Positions 25,623 to 37,929 of a DNA stretch of 64,000 nt are shown one piece after another. Location of the stretch: contig BFEA01000011.1 of assembly GCA_003427395.1 (NCBI GenBank), positions 3,628,696-3,692,695 of the forward strand, given 5' to 3'. The translations under genes and the position numbers were made by a program. The notes under the pieces are model-generated. The model had not been told where the DNA came from. It saw only the letters and a list, made by a program, of their open reading frames with translations, and ran no database searches. Each line of letters starts with the position of its first letter. The first letter of the stretch is position 1. The DNA is from Chara braunii (taxonomy: Eukaryota > Plantae > Charophyceae).

Positions 25623-26132
25623 CTAGGTAGCAAATTCAGATATCCGGCAGGCCAATTTTATCCGAGATTTTCAATCCGGATGAAAATTCTGGATTAATTC
25701 CCGATATGAAAAATCAGGCGCTGCGCAAAATATTTTTTTTTTACTGGAAAAAAAAATCAAAAAAATATTAAAAAAAATATATTGTTCATATCAATGATAC
25801 AAACAACTTTTGGCTTGAGGCGATCTTTGATATCTCAACAGAAGATAAAACATAAAATAGAAAACTAAAATAATCTTGGTAGCACCACGTACGCGTATGC
25901 GGTGCGTACGCGTACGTGTCAAAAAAACCGCGTATGCTTACATTTTTTTTTTTTTTTTTTTTTTTTTACACGTATATATAATGTATATATAATATATATA
26001 GTCAGTATTTAGTCACATATCTCCTCCTCTTCCTACCCCTCCTCCTACCCCTCCTCCTCCTCCTCCTACCCCTCCTACCCCTCCCGTGGTACTGTTTGTC
26101 TGTCCTCCCCCTCCTTTCTATCTGTCTGTCTA

Positions 26133-26169
<37 letters not shown>

Positions 26170-26439
26170 TTGTTTGTCTGTCTGTCAGTCAGTCTGGCAG
26201 TCTATCTGTAAGTCTGGCAGTCTGTCTGTCTGTTTCCGCCTATCGTACTGTCTGTTTGTCTGTCTGTATGTATGTCTGTCTCATCTTCCTCCTCCTCCTA
26301 CCCCTCCTCCTCCGCCCGTGGTACTCGACAGACAGACAGACAAACAGTACCATGACCCGAGGAGCAGGACGACGAAGAAGATCGGCAGGAGGAGGAGGAG
26401 GAGGAGGCTTTCTCTCTCTCTCTCTCTCATACACACACA

Positions 26440-26481
<42 letters not shown>

Positions 26482-26991
26482 CACACACACACACATACAC
26501 ACACACACACACACACACATATCAACCAATCCCAACGCCCACCCCCCAACCCCTACAAGGCTAAGACAAACCCGGGAAACGGTTTGCTGTGACCACGTAC
26601 GCGGACCCTAAATTTGAGTACGCGCACATACGTATGCGATACGTAAGCGCATACGTGCATACGTGTATGCACGTATGCGGAACCCTCGTACGTGTACGCC
26701 GTGCTACCCAGAAAATAATATTTAGATAAAAAGTTATAAAATAAATTAAGCATCCCCCCTCTAAACCCCTTTATTCCTTATCTTACCCCCTTTTAAACCT
26801 TCCATGACCTATCAAGCTTTTTATGAAATAAGAATGTAGTTCGATTGTATTTTGCATTCGCAATATCACTTTTTTTTTTTTTTTTTTTGGCCATTTTTTT
26901 AATCATCCGGATTTTCTGATAATCATAACCCCTGATAATCCAGCCTGATAATCCGATCGGATTATCTGGCCAGATAAGTCGTGCTACCTAG
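25623..26991. mobile_element. CTAG-flanked TIR element (CTAG-GTAGCA...TGCTAC-CTAG) containing a nested related element
   Basis: Termini at 25623-25632 and 26982-26991; subterminal ATCCGG motifs at both ends. Confidence 0.75.
25878..26708. mobile_element. Nested MITE GGTAGCAC...GTGCTACC with CGTA-rich subtermini and microsatellite interior
   Basis: 8-bp TIR; right end resembles 59200-59292; contains (TCTG)n and (CA)n. Confidence 0.75.
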
Positions 26992-27024
26992 TTTTTTATT
27001 CTTCCTTAAATAAGACATAGGATC

Positions 27025-28635
27025 AACCAACCCAACTTATGGATGTGACCGACCTGCCAGTTTTATATGACTAGACCACACAAACTTATGGTGCCCTAGT
27101 CTGGTAGCACAGGTAGACGTAGGACATAGGACGAAACCACACCAACTTATGGTGTGACCAGTTTCTACCTAGACGATCAACATAAGGTGTATGACCGGGC
27201 CGCACAAACTTATAGTGAGGATGATCAGCCTGAATGTTCGGCATAAACAAAGGGTTGAACCTCCTCAACTTATGAGGGGTCAGCCTTAGTCTGAACAACG
27301 ACAAAAGGCATATGGCCAAGACACACCAACTTATGATGTGTCTAGCCAACCCAAGTAGTGACATATGGCGTAGAACAAGGCTACCCAACTTATGAGTAGT
27401 CCATCCCAGCCTAGACAAAACCACCTGCGTGAATGACCGAACAACCTGCAACTTATGCGTTCGCTCAACCTTCACAATACAACCATGTTCAACAGTTCAA
27501 GGAATTAACATAAGGCATAAAACTCACCCCACCAACTTATGGTGTGATTAGCCTCTGCCCGAACAGTTGACTTAAGGCGTATGACAGACCACACCAACTT
27601 ATGATGAGGCTAGTCAGCCTAAACGTTCGGCGTACACAAATAACCGAGCCACCTCAACTTATGAGGGGTCCAACCTCTGCCTAAACAAACGACGAAAGGC
27701 ATATGAGCATGACACACCAACTTATAATGTGCCTAGCCAGCCCACACGATGACATATAACGTAGAACTAGGTTATTCAACTTATGGCTAGTCTAGCCCGC
27801 CTAAACAAGCAACAAGCGCGTGTGATCGAACAACCAGCAACTTATGCGTTCGCTCAGCCTCCGCAACACAACTTCATTCAATAAGTAGAGTCACAAGTTA
27901 TTTTTGTCTTCAAACGAGTGGTCACGTCACCTCAACTTATGAGGATCCCCATCCAGACATCAACTTATGTTTAAAAAGAAAAATAACCGAGTTTTGTATA
28001 TCAACTCTCTGCCCTTTGTGTTATAAGGGGCATAGGACCAACTACCTAACTTATGGATGAGTCAGACTTATTCAATATTTATACTATGAATCTTATTTTC
28101 TCCTCTGCTTTATTTGCTACCAGCTTATATGGCTAGATCTCCCAACTTATGGCGTCCAACCTGCCAATGATATGCATAATATATAGTTGTATCAGGTTGT
28201 ATATTCAGGTTCCACTTATGTTCGCGGCTCATGACTTGGTCACACCAACTTATGGTGTGACTAGCCTGCCAATACAAGTAAACATAAGGCATAAGACTGG
28301 GTCACGCCAACTTATGGTGTGATCAGTTTCTGCCTAGACAATCGACATAAGGCGTATGACCGGGCCGCACCAACTTATGGTGAGGCTGACCAGCCTGAAC
28401 ATTTGGCATACACAAAGAACTGAACCACCTCAACTTATGAGGGGTTCAACCTTTGCCTGAATAAACGACAAGAGGCATATAACATGACCACACCAACTTA
28501 TGGTGTGACTAGTCAGCCTAAGCAATGACATATAGAGTAGAACTAGGCTACTCAACTTATGAGTAGTCTAACCCCGCCTAAACAAGCAACAAATGTGTGT
28601 GACCGAACAACCCGCAACTTATGCATTCGCCCAAC
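27025..28635. repeat. About 61-bp-period hairpin array with constant CAACTTATG loop; six-monomer higher-order repeat present three times
   Basis: About 26 motif copies, e.g. 27143, 27206, 27266, 27327, 27386, 27449; 27533-27838; 28308-28615. Confidence 0.92.
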
Positions 28636-31273
28636 CTCCGCAACATAACAACAAATAAGGTCACACTTGTATTTTGTCTGAATTCACACACGTAACCTGA
28701 ATTTCTCATACACACTTGTTAATTTAGCCTTTTCAGATCATGTATCGAAATGAAAGCAACCAAAAGTAATAGATTTCTCAATCATATTAGAAGGCACACA
28801 ATAGCAAGGGGTAATATAGTTTAGGGGAAGGGATCACCCGTGTAAAACAAACTTATACTTCAGTGTTCCTTGCCTCCAGAACCCCGTCTTGGCTCCGGCA
28901 GAGCTCCCGCAATCGGTGGGTGGACCTCCCACAAGGTCTTGCCGCGGTCCTACTGGTTCCAATCCCGCCTACCGCCTTCCTCTCGTAACCTCAAACTAGA
29001 CTTAGAGTAAGAAGGACAGAAGGAGGGGTTTCAGACACTCGAGATACAAGGGAGGGACTGACTCAACTAACAGGAGAGGGTCTTGTTGTCTTCAATATCC
29101 TGAGGGCCCAGCAATGACAGCCAACGATGCAACGCAAATGATCAAAAACACGGTTAGAACGAAGAGTAACACTCCCCTGATGGCCCTTCAACCCGCAACA
29201 GTGACCTCGTTATAGAGTTCGTTCACTCCTCCAATGTTACAATGGCTCGAGGTAGTGGACGACGCGAAACATAGCAAGTTCAATATAGTATGGGGCAGAC
29301 TCGACAAAGTGTCGTAGGATACAACAGAACTCAACAAAGCCTCAACACGATGCAACGCTGATTCTCGGTAGGTCCAACTGCTCTGTGCATCTCAGTCAAT
29401 CGCATCAAAAATACGATGGAACACAGTTACTGTACTCCATTTCGAACGCACGGGGCAACGCACAGTGGGTGCACAACGAAAACGTGGGTGTACTCAGCAA
29501 ACAGTGGCTAGCACCGCAAAACACAACAATGCCGCTCTATAGTGGCTAGCACATCTAAACACAACAATGCCACACAGACAGAGCAAGACTCAACAATCGA
29601 GCCCAACAGTGTGATAGATGTATGCATAACGACTCATCAAGGTACATTGTACACAACAATGTGTGGCAAGGCCCAACAGCAACGAAAGCACACCAGGATA
29701 CGGGGTGTACAGTGAAGCAGCGCCACACACCAGCTGGCACGGTGAACTACATCGGACGTTGTGCAACAACATTAGATACCCAATAGCCCCGTCCCTCCTC
29801 ATTAGCCTATCACAGAGGCAGCAACATCCCTCGAAAGCACAACGGTATCGTCAGACTTGACTTCAGCATACCGACTGAAGATCGACTTAGTAATGCTTCC
29901 AGACCGGATTGTGACCGAAACAGCCTCTGTGTAGGCAGACCTTGACCACGCAAGCCCCCGCCTTAGCCAGATGTAGTTGGTTTGGAAACGCCAAGTTACG
30001 AGTATGAGAAGAAAAGTCACGCCTTGACTAAAGTGACAAGTCAAAATAGGATCACGGTTATGACCAACGACGAACATGCCACTACGACCTTGTAGGAAAG
30101 CCCCACAACCAAAATGGCGAAAAAGATCACTATCCGGATCACGACTTCAATCCGAACGAAAATAGCGATCAAAATGACGAGGGACGAGCGACCATTACTA
30201 ATCTAAGCACGAACGGGATGTTTTTTTTTTTGCGGTGAAAATGAATCTCATTCCCTTCGTCTACACTCCGAGTCTTTGCATTCCAACTGTGCAAAATGAG
30301 AATGAATCCTCCACTGGATCATGACCAGATGCAGTACCAGGTAAGCATCATCACTACATCGAGCACATCAGGCACCCGATAGATGACGAGCACCCTAGTG
30401 AACAGTACGACCAACAAAACGAGCGTAAGCGTAAGCGAAATCATGCAACGCTCAAAAAAAGAGTACTTCTGCGACTGTGATGACACATCCGTGGGTGGTA
30501 TGATCTCGACGGTAGTAGGGAGTAGGATCCTGATGATGGTAAGCGAGAAGGTGAATCAACAGAACGGTAGATATTAGATGCAATGATAACTATCATTATC
30601 CGTACAACCACTACTACGATTGGCACGATTATCATTATGATCTGACTGTAACAAGGTGCGTAACAAACAACAGTCGCCCCTTGCTCCACTTCTATCAGAC
30701 GAGCAAAACGGGAATGAATCTCCAGTTAGAAGACGAGAACATGCATAGTGTCAGAACTGTGCCGCTGCGTCGGCGTTTGGATAAAATGAGGACGAATCTG
30801 CCACTAGAACACGAAATGATACACCAACTTTCCACCTAAACTTCCTGACCAGCCGCCCGATCCCGACCGGTGCTGTCCGCGATTACGCCTAAGACCGTGT
30901 TGTGACTGCTGCACTGAAGACGACAGCCGGGGTGGTTTTGACGGAAGCAGTTTGCTCAGTGCAGCATAGATGTAAGGACCATGATCAGCGTGGAGGAAGG
31001 TTACGAGCATGACGCACAGGCGGCCTTCATGATGACGAAGATCCATAACAAAGTACAACCTTGATAATGACAAGCATGATGGCGAGCTGGAACCTGTTGT
31101 GATAGACAACGCTCCACAACTTCACCAAATATGCAAAATGAGAATGAATCTCCCGCTAGAAATTGGGAAGATTCATCACTAGTCCGAGTCGCTCACTACT
31201 ACGCCTTCTATTGGCGAAAAGGAGAGCGAGTCTTTCGTTAGACCCCGACCGGATGCACAAGCAAGTGTATCCC

Positions 31274-31276
<3 letters not shown>

Positions 31277-31338
<62 letters not shown>
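31277..31338. repeat. (CT)n microsatellite
   Basis: Directly visible. Confidence 0.95.
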
Positions 31339-31341
<3 letters not shown>

Positions 31342-31604
31342 GCGTATGTGCGCGTCCAGAGAGTATTGACCGAACCGTTCTTCATGACGACAGCTGGCGT
31401 GTGGAACACTTGCACAGTGAACGACGAACACGCAGGGAGCAGACCCCACACTGAGGTACGTTCCCTCTTTCCCTCTTACTCACTCTGCATCTGCGTTCCT
31501 CTTCTCCTTCGTCAACCCCTTCGTCATCCTCGTCTACTGGACCGCGCTGCGCGATCTCACAAGAACTCTAACCCGCGAACCGTACATACACACAGAGGGA
31601 CACT

Positions 31605-31708
31605 AAAAAAAAAATGAAGTTGTTTCTTGATTTATGCATGTTCTCTCCATTCAGGTCTACGCTAATCTCCTTGGTATCGTTCCAATTTCACGGGATGTCC
31701 CGAAGGAC
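31605..31708 (-). pseudogene. U6: Full-length diverged U6 snRNA copy ending in a T10 run
   Basis: Minus strand GTCCTTCGGGACATCCCGTGAAATTGGAACGATACCAAGGAGATTAGCGT...ATGCATAAATCAAGAAA...T10; colinear with the U6 copy at 62323-62415; ACAGAGA box changed to ACCAAGG. Confidence 0.85.
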
Positions 31709-31814
31709 TACGGCCGCATGACGGCCTTAAGCTATTGTCATCGGGCTGACCGGGCCCAGATAGTGTTCCCGGTCCTACTACACTCGGTGCCATAGTCCTA
31801 ACTCAAGTCAATAC

Positions 31815-33100
31815 TTCAATAGTTCATGGGTGTACCCCCTGAGGTTGGCCAGATGGTACCTACGCTGGTCCCGACACTGGTACCGGGCTGCGTCCCAAAA
31901 ATGGGACGAATAAATAAATAAGAATAATGAAAATAAAAAATTAGAAAATAGGAGAAGTGACGAGGGGAGGGGAATGACCGTCGGAACCCTACCCTCAGTC
32001 ATGCCCATCGATCCCGCGATTGGACTCCTTGGTCAAACTAAGGGGGATACTCCCATGGGACCCTCGACCCCTCAGTTCTCTGGCAGGGCCTCCTCCTCTC
32101 CTCCGTTGTCGGCTGCTGGCCTCGATCCCCGAATCTTCCTAGTATCAGTCCAAAGTCATAACTTATAGGGTTAGGCGCAAGCTTAGATATATTATGCACG
32201 GACTTCCTTATAAAGGGTATCTGTGCTGCTCCAAGGCCTATTGAACAACATTAAAAGCCGCTCTTTGGCCCACCAGCCATGTCTATGGCTCCTACATACC
32301 CGTCCCCGCTGCATGAAGGGGTCAGTTTCACCTCCCGCCGTCGTATAGGCGACGGTCACCGTGCATGCGACATAATCGCGTTGCTGCAAAGACTCCATCT
32401 TTCTTAGTAGGTTACCTTCCCGAAAGGTCATACTTTTATTACCTAAGTGTCGAAAAAAACCCGACTTCCCCTCATACTACGCATTACTTACGTCGGCCTT
32501 TCCAAGTACTGCGCGCAACTTCTACCGTTGACCAAAAATTATGGTCGGCTTAGGAAGTCAGACATTTTGCACCTTTAAGTTAATGATCCTAGTGCCATAG
32601 TAAATAAGTCAAGCGGATCTGGTAGCTAAATCCTAGCCCTGATCATCCAATGCCGGCTTCGAACGCGAATGCGCTCTGCGTGCCCTTACTGCAATCGTCT
32701 GATACCCCTCTCCTAGCTCATACTACTAGGCGCAGGTGCCGCTCTCATAAATATAACCAGATGTCTGCCTAAATACTCATGCATGCCCTCGAAGTGCTCG
32801 CCCACATATTCTCTAATCAGACCAGAAACGCGTGTCATTCGTAACCCCTAAGAGTTGGTTATTGTCATACAAAAATGAGACACTCTCTCGAATATCGTCA
32901 AAAACGCGCATTCTGCGAGATGCAAAAATGTGGCCAAATACCCTTGTAAGGGTATTCGGGCCGACAGTTTTTCCGGACCCTATTAAGCTACGTCCCCGTC
33001 GCGTCGGGCAATCAAAACTATAAGGATAACAAAATCACATTTGTTGACGAGGAAGTAACCAATCCGATTCACCGGCCCAACTCCATTCGAGGTATCTTCT
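31815..33100 (+). mobile_element. Degenerate internal region paralogous to 12.3-14.2 kb
   Basis: Shared landmarks in the same order: CATGGGTGTACC, AAT-rich tract, GACCCCTCAGT, TAGGCGC, AAATACCCTTGTAAGGGT (about 14120 and 32936). Confidence 0.6.
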
Positions 33101-34133
33101 CAACCTGCCCCCGTCACTGTGTTGCACTGCCAGGGTTCTAACCTGGGTCTCCCATATCCTGGCCTCGAAATTAGGGGATACTTTGTTCCGTACTACAGCG
33201 TAATATCTGCTCCGAGATAGCAGGTCGATAGTCCTCTCCCTTCGTCCTAGACGTCACCGATTTCTCATTGGGTGTCCGTAGTCTCGCTCTCACGAACAAG
33301 TTCACGACTTTGGATGCGGGCCCTGACCGAGACCTCTCCCAAAATACAGAGACCCCTCAGTCCCCGGTGAAAACTTAACCACACAAACAGTCATCACCTT
33401 GAAATACCCATCCTGGAGTCTAGCACAGGTGGATTAGATCTCCATCTTGGCCCACCGCAGATTGGTTGATCATGCCGAATCCACGGTCCATCGTGTTGTT
33501 ATATAGCGATGGTGCCTTCGTTGGTTATGCAACGATAAGCAATTATTCCTATCTTGGTATCCCGAAGGATTCCAACTCTAGACTTAACGGATCCTAATGA
33601 CCTTCCCTCGAGTTAGGTCTCTCCGAGTGGCCGACCCTTCAAGACCTAACCTTTGGTGAGTCATGGGCCCTCTGCCAGGTTGCGCTGGTCAGCAGCCAAC
33701 GCTGGGAGTTACGTTATCGGGCGACCACAGACCGGCTGGTCACCCGACATATACGGAATTCGTCCCTCAACCAAACGTCCGGTTAGGATTTATCGAGTAC
33801 TCTTGCCGGAACGGTCGGGAAAAATTGGGGGTCCTTCGAGGGTCCCTAAAATCCTTTGCATCAATGCAAAAATTAACCTTTAAAATTAATAAAATAAAAT
33901 GAACGGTCGCGTCTGCTGCGCCTGACACTTACCCTTTTTGTTTGTTCCGAGGTTGTTCCCGAAGCGGCCAACTGCGGAACAAGGGTATGGCAGTAGGCCT
34001 TGGTGAGGTAATTTTACACTGACCAATGAGCGGGGAAATGAGCCCCCAATTTTCATTAAATCTAATAACAAAATTTAAAAATTGGTAAAAGAATTAAAAA
34101 TGCTAAAAGGAAAAGAAAAAAATGATTATTTAC

Positions 34134-34260
34134 CTAGGTTGTTTTATCGGACGTCCGGGACCCCCCTGACCGTATGGGATGTCCGACTGGACGTCTGGTC
34201 GGACGTCGGACCGGATAGGGGATGTCCGACCTAGCGCAAAAAAAAAATAAAAAAAAAATT
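34134..34260 (+). mobile_element. Left end of a CTAG-flanked GGACGTCC-rich MITE
   Basis: Near-identical to the left ends at 43538 and 52166. Confidence 0.8.
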
Positions 34261-34734
34261 GTGTGCCATAAAATTGGCTCATTTGTACTGTTACCATGTC
34301 AGCGCAATGATGAATACCGTACTGTCGAGCAAGTGTGGCACACCAATATCGAGTCAGTAACCGTACCAGAATAATAGTGTCGCATGTCCCAAAGTCGAGC
34401 CGATGAGCGCACCATATCAACCTTGCCGCCGTAACCAGAAAACGAGTCCTGCTCACTCAATAACATACGGGTTATAGCGAGGGTAATAATAAGATGAATC
34501 GGGAAAAATAAAGCGAGGGTTTATAAATATCGAAAACTCGCATGAGTCGATGGACTTAGGGTAAATAATTAATTTTCGGTTAAAATTCATCAAGGATTAT
34601 TTTTGATAAAAATCTATTAAATAGTAAATACCTATGTTACCAATGGTCTGGAGATCGGATGTCTCCCCAGAACGTCTCCCCGGACGTAAGGTACCCCCGT
34701 CGTCCGGATTTTCGGACGATGACTTTTAAGCACT

Positions 34735-34795
34735 AATATATATATCGCCACATATATACTGATGAGTCGGTGAAACTCCGACGAAACAGTTTGTC
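34735..34795 (+). ncRNA. Hammerhead ribozyme core (stem I/III assignment uncertain)
   Basis: CTGATGA (34759-34765), stem II GTCGG/CCGAC, GAAAC (34783-34787), then AGTTT-GTC. Confidence 0.65.
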
Positions 34796-36132
34796 ACAGC
34801 CCCTCGTTTGTTTTCTTCTTCTCTCTTTCTGCCTACGGTTTACCGGGCAGTTCTGTTTGTGACGATATATATCGTCAAATAGAACTGCCCGGTAAACCGT
34901 AGGNNNNNNNNNNNNNNNNNNNNNNNNNNNNNNNNNNNNNNNNNNNNNNNNNNNNNNNNNNNNNNNNNNNNNNNNNNNNNNNNNNNNNNNNNNNNNNNNN
35001 NNNNNNNNNNNNNNNNNNNNNNNNNNNNNNNNNNNNNNNNNNNNNNNNNNNNNNNNNNNNNNNNNNNNNNNNNNNNNNNNNNNNNNNNNNNNNNNNNNNN
35101 NNNNNNNNNNNNNNNNNNNNNNNNNNNNNNNNNNNNNNNNNNNNNNNNNNNNNNNNNNNNNNNNNNNNNNNNNNNNNNNNNNNNNNNNNNNNNNNNNNNN
35201 NNNNNNNNNNNNNNNNNNNNNNNNNNNNNNNNNNNNNNNNNNNNNNNNNNNNNNNNNNNNNNNNNNNNNNNNNNNNNNNNNNNNNNNNNNNNNNNNNNNN
35301 NNNNNNNNNNNNNNNNNNNNNNNNNNNNNNNNNNNNNNNNNNNNNNNNNNNNNNNNNNNNNNNNNNNNNNNNNNNNNNNNNNNNNNNNNNNNNNNNNNNN
35401 NNNNNNNNNNNNNNNNNNNNNNNNNNNNNNNNNNNNNNNNNNNNNNNNNNNNNNNNNNNNNNNNNNNNNNNNNNNNNNNNNNNNNNNNNNNNNNNNNNNN
35501 NNNNNNNNNNNNNNNNNNNNNNNNNNNNNNNNNNNNNNNNNNNNNNNNNNNNNNNNNNNNNNNNNNNNNNNNNNNNNNNNNNNNNNNNNNNNNNNNNNNN
35601 NNNNNNNNNNNNNNNNNNNNNNNNNNNNNNNNNNNNNNNNNNNNNNNNNNNNNNNNNNNNNNNNNNNNNNNNNNNNNNNNNNNNNNNNNNNNNNNNNNNN
35701 NNNNNNNNNNNNNNNNNNNNNNNNNNNNNNNNNNNNNNNNNNNNNNNNNNNNNNNNNNNNNNNNNNNNNNNNNNNNNNNNNNNNNNNNNNNNNNNNNNNN
35801 NNNNNNNNNNNNNNTTTTTTTTTTTTTTTTGGTCCGCGTTCGGCCCGAATGGCCAAACGCCTTCCGAAGGGGTCCCGTACGTTCGGGCGTTTGGGTTCGG
35901 GCGTTCGGCCCGTCCCGAACGTCGGCAACCCTTTATATATATACAGAGAACTCACAAAAAAGAATTCAGAAAAAAAAACATATTTTTAGGCCCCGAAACA
36001 ATTTTTGGAGGGGGCCGAACCTAGAGATGTTCGGCCCCCAAACGGGACCCCAAACGCCCGAACGTTCGGGGCCCAGCCCGAGGGCCTCCGAACGTTCAGT
36101 GAGGTAACCCTGTATATATATATATATATATA

Positions 36133-36896
36133 CAGGGTTACCGGCGTTCGGGACGGGCCGAACACCCAAACCTGAACGCCCGAACGTACGGGACCCCCTC
36201 GGGAGGCGTTCGGCCGTTCGGGCCGAACACGGACAAAAAAAAAAACGAAAAAAAAAAAAAAAGTTTTCAAAAAATTTCGAAAAAAAACTTTGTTATGGAA
36301 AAACATAAACGAAACAACATTTGCCTGGGCACTACAACCAAATTCTTTACCAAATTTGAATTAAAAATCCAATACAGAAAATAAACACTATGATAAAAAA
36401 AAAAAAAAAGAATTAAAATGAGTGAGTGTGCCAGCACCTTTTCGACACCGCCATCTTTGCCAATTTTTAATTATTTTTTGGCATTAACAAATGCCCTGAA
36501 AATTTACAGATATGTAGTTTACATAATCGATAACTCATTCAAAGTTTTTCAAAAAATAATAAAATTATTTAGGCCCCGAAATAAAGTAAAAACAAAAAGT
36601 GAAAAGTGAAAAAAAACAAAATAGTTAGTGGGCGAGCACGTTTTGACACCCCCATCTTTGACGATTTTAAATGTTTTTTTGGCTTAGCCGAATGGCTTCA
36701 AAATTTATAGGCGTGTACGTCGCATCATAGCGAACTCACAAAAAACAATTCAGAAAAAAAAACTTATTTTTAGGCCCCAAAATATTTTTTGGCGGGGGCC
36801 AAACCTGGAGGTGTTCGGCCCCCGAATGGGACCTTGAACGCCCGAACGTTCGGGGGCCAGCTCGGGGGCCCCCGAACGTTCGGTCAGGTAACCCTG
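36133..36896. mobile_element. MITE with TIR CAGGGTTACC/GGTAACCCTG in a (TA)n tract; partial copies at 35830-35932 and 35945-36112
   Basis: Perfect 10-bp TIR, CCGAAC/GTTCGG subterminal motifs, (TA)n on both sides. Confidence 0.85.
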
Positions 36897-36913
36897 TATA
36901 TATATATATATAT

Positions 36914-37203
36914 ATGACAGTGTTGTGCATGCCATAGAGACCCCTCATAAAAAAATTCAAAATTTTCTGAGCATTTAGTGATAGGGTGCTATGTGGGGTG
37001 GGAGGGGGGGGTACGAGGGTTTTTGATGGGGATAGGAGAGGTATAAATCTTCAAAGATTTTAATCCCCACCTATATCCCTCCTATCCCCACCAAAACCCC
37101 TCGTACCCCCCCCTCCCACCCCAAATAGCACCCTATCACCAAATGCTCAGAAAATTCTGAATTCTTTTATGGGGGGTTTCTATGGCATGCGCAACATTGT
37201 CAT
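36914..37203. repeat. Long imperfect inverted repeat with arms of about 130 bp
   Basis: ATGACAGTGTTGTGCATGCCATAGA... pairs with ...TCTATGGCATGCGCAACATTGTCAT; right arm matches 43790-43925. Confidence 0.9.
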
Positions 37204-37929
37204 AATTTTTATTTTTTTTTTATTTATTTTTAGTGTCAAAAAGTCGTCGTCCGAAAATCCGGACGACGGGGGTACCTTACGTCCGGGGGAGACGTCCGAT
37301 CTTCGGACCACTTTGGGCGAACGGAAAGCCAACAAGCTGTCACGCAGGATTTGGAGTATGATTGCAATAAATAAAATAAATTAAATAATTCAAATCCCTT
37401 CCTGTTGTGTGCGTCCGGCTTCGAGCGAGACCCTTCAATTGCGATCTTCGCCGGTCCCCGGTCTTAGGAATCTTTTATTTTGATTCGGAACAGCAAAGAA
37501 TCATGCAATTAACAATCATAAAATTATGAGGTGCTATGCATGCATCAATTATATCGGTCTAATTTTGAGAACTGTGACAGAATTATCTACAAAAGCAATC
37601 ATCAAAACAAGAACAATGCAAGAGACAAGAAAGACTGACTCGAGCAAATGACAAGCTCAAATGAATGAAGGAAGAATGAGAACTCATAATAGTCTCAGGG
37701 AGTACATGTGGAAGAGAACATGGCCAACACCAATCAAGAGTCCTCACTCAACCCTCTAAACTTCACTCTTCATCTGTCACTTTGTTGACTGTCGTCTGGG
37801 CCTCTTGCCATGTCTCCGTACTCTCTGAGGTTGTGGCTTCTGAATGTAATGCCACCTGAAACCTACTAGTTCCAAACTCTTCCACCCAAGTCCCATAATA
37901 CGAAAGTCAAGCATGACACAAAATTCCTC

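Larger units (their letters stand above)
24200..31602. mobile_element. Large LTR-like non-coding block, unit B (left boundary approximate)
   Basis: Same order of landmarks as unit A; ends ...GGGACA at 31602 just before the U6 complement. Confidence 0.45.
34632..37311. mobile_element. Palindromic composite of two inverted MITE right halves, with nested insertions and an N gap
   Basis: 34640-34725 is the reverse complement of 37235-37311; both match the MITE right end at 43950-44056. Confidence 0.65.

Noticed and set aside
27025-28635. CRISPR array
   Set aside because: The constant part is only 9 nt, the 'spacers' recur as a higher-order repeat, there are no cas genes and the context is eukaryotic.
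34840-35955. 371-aa ORF
   Set aside because: Runs through an N gap.
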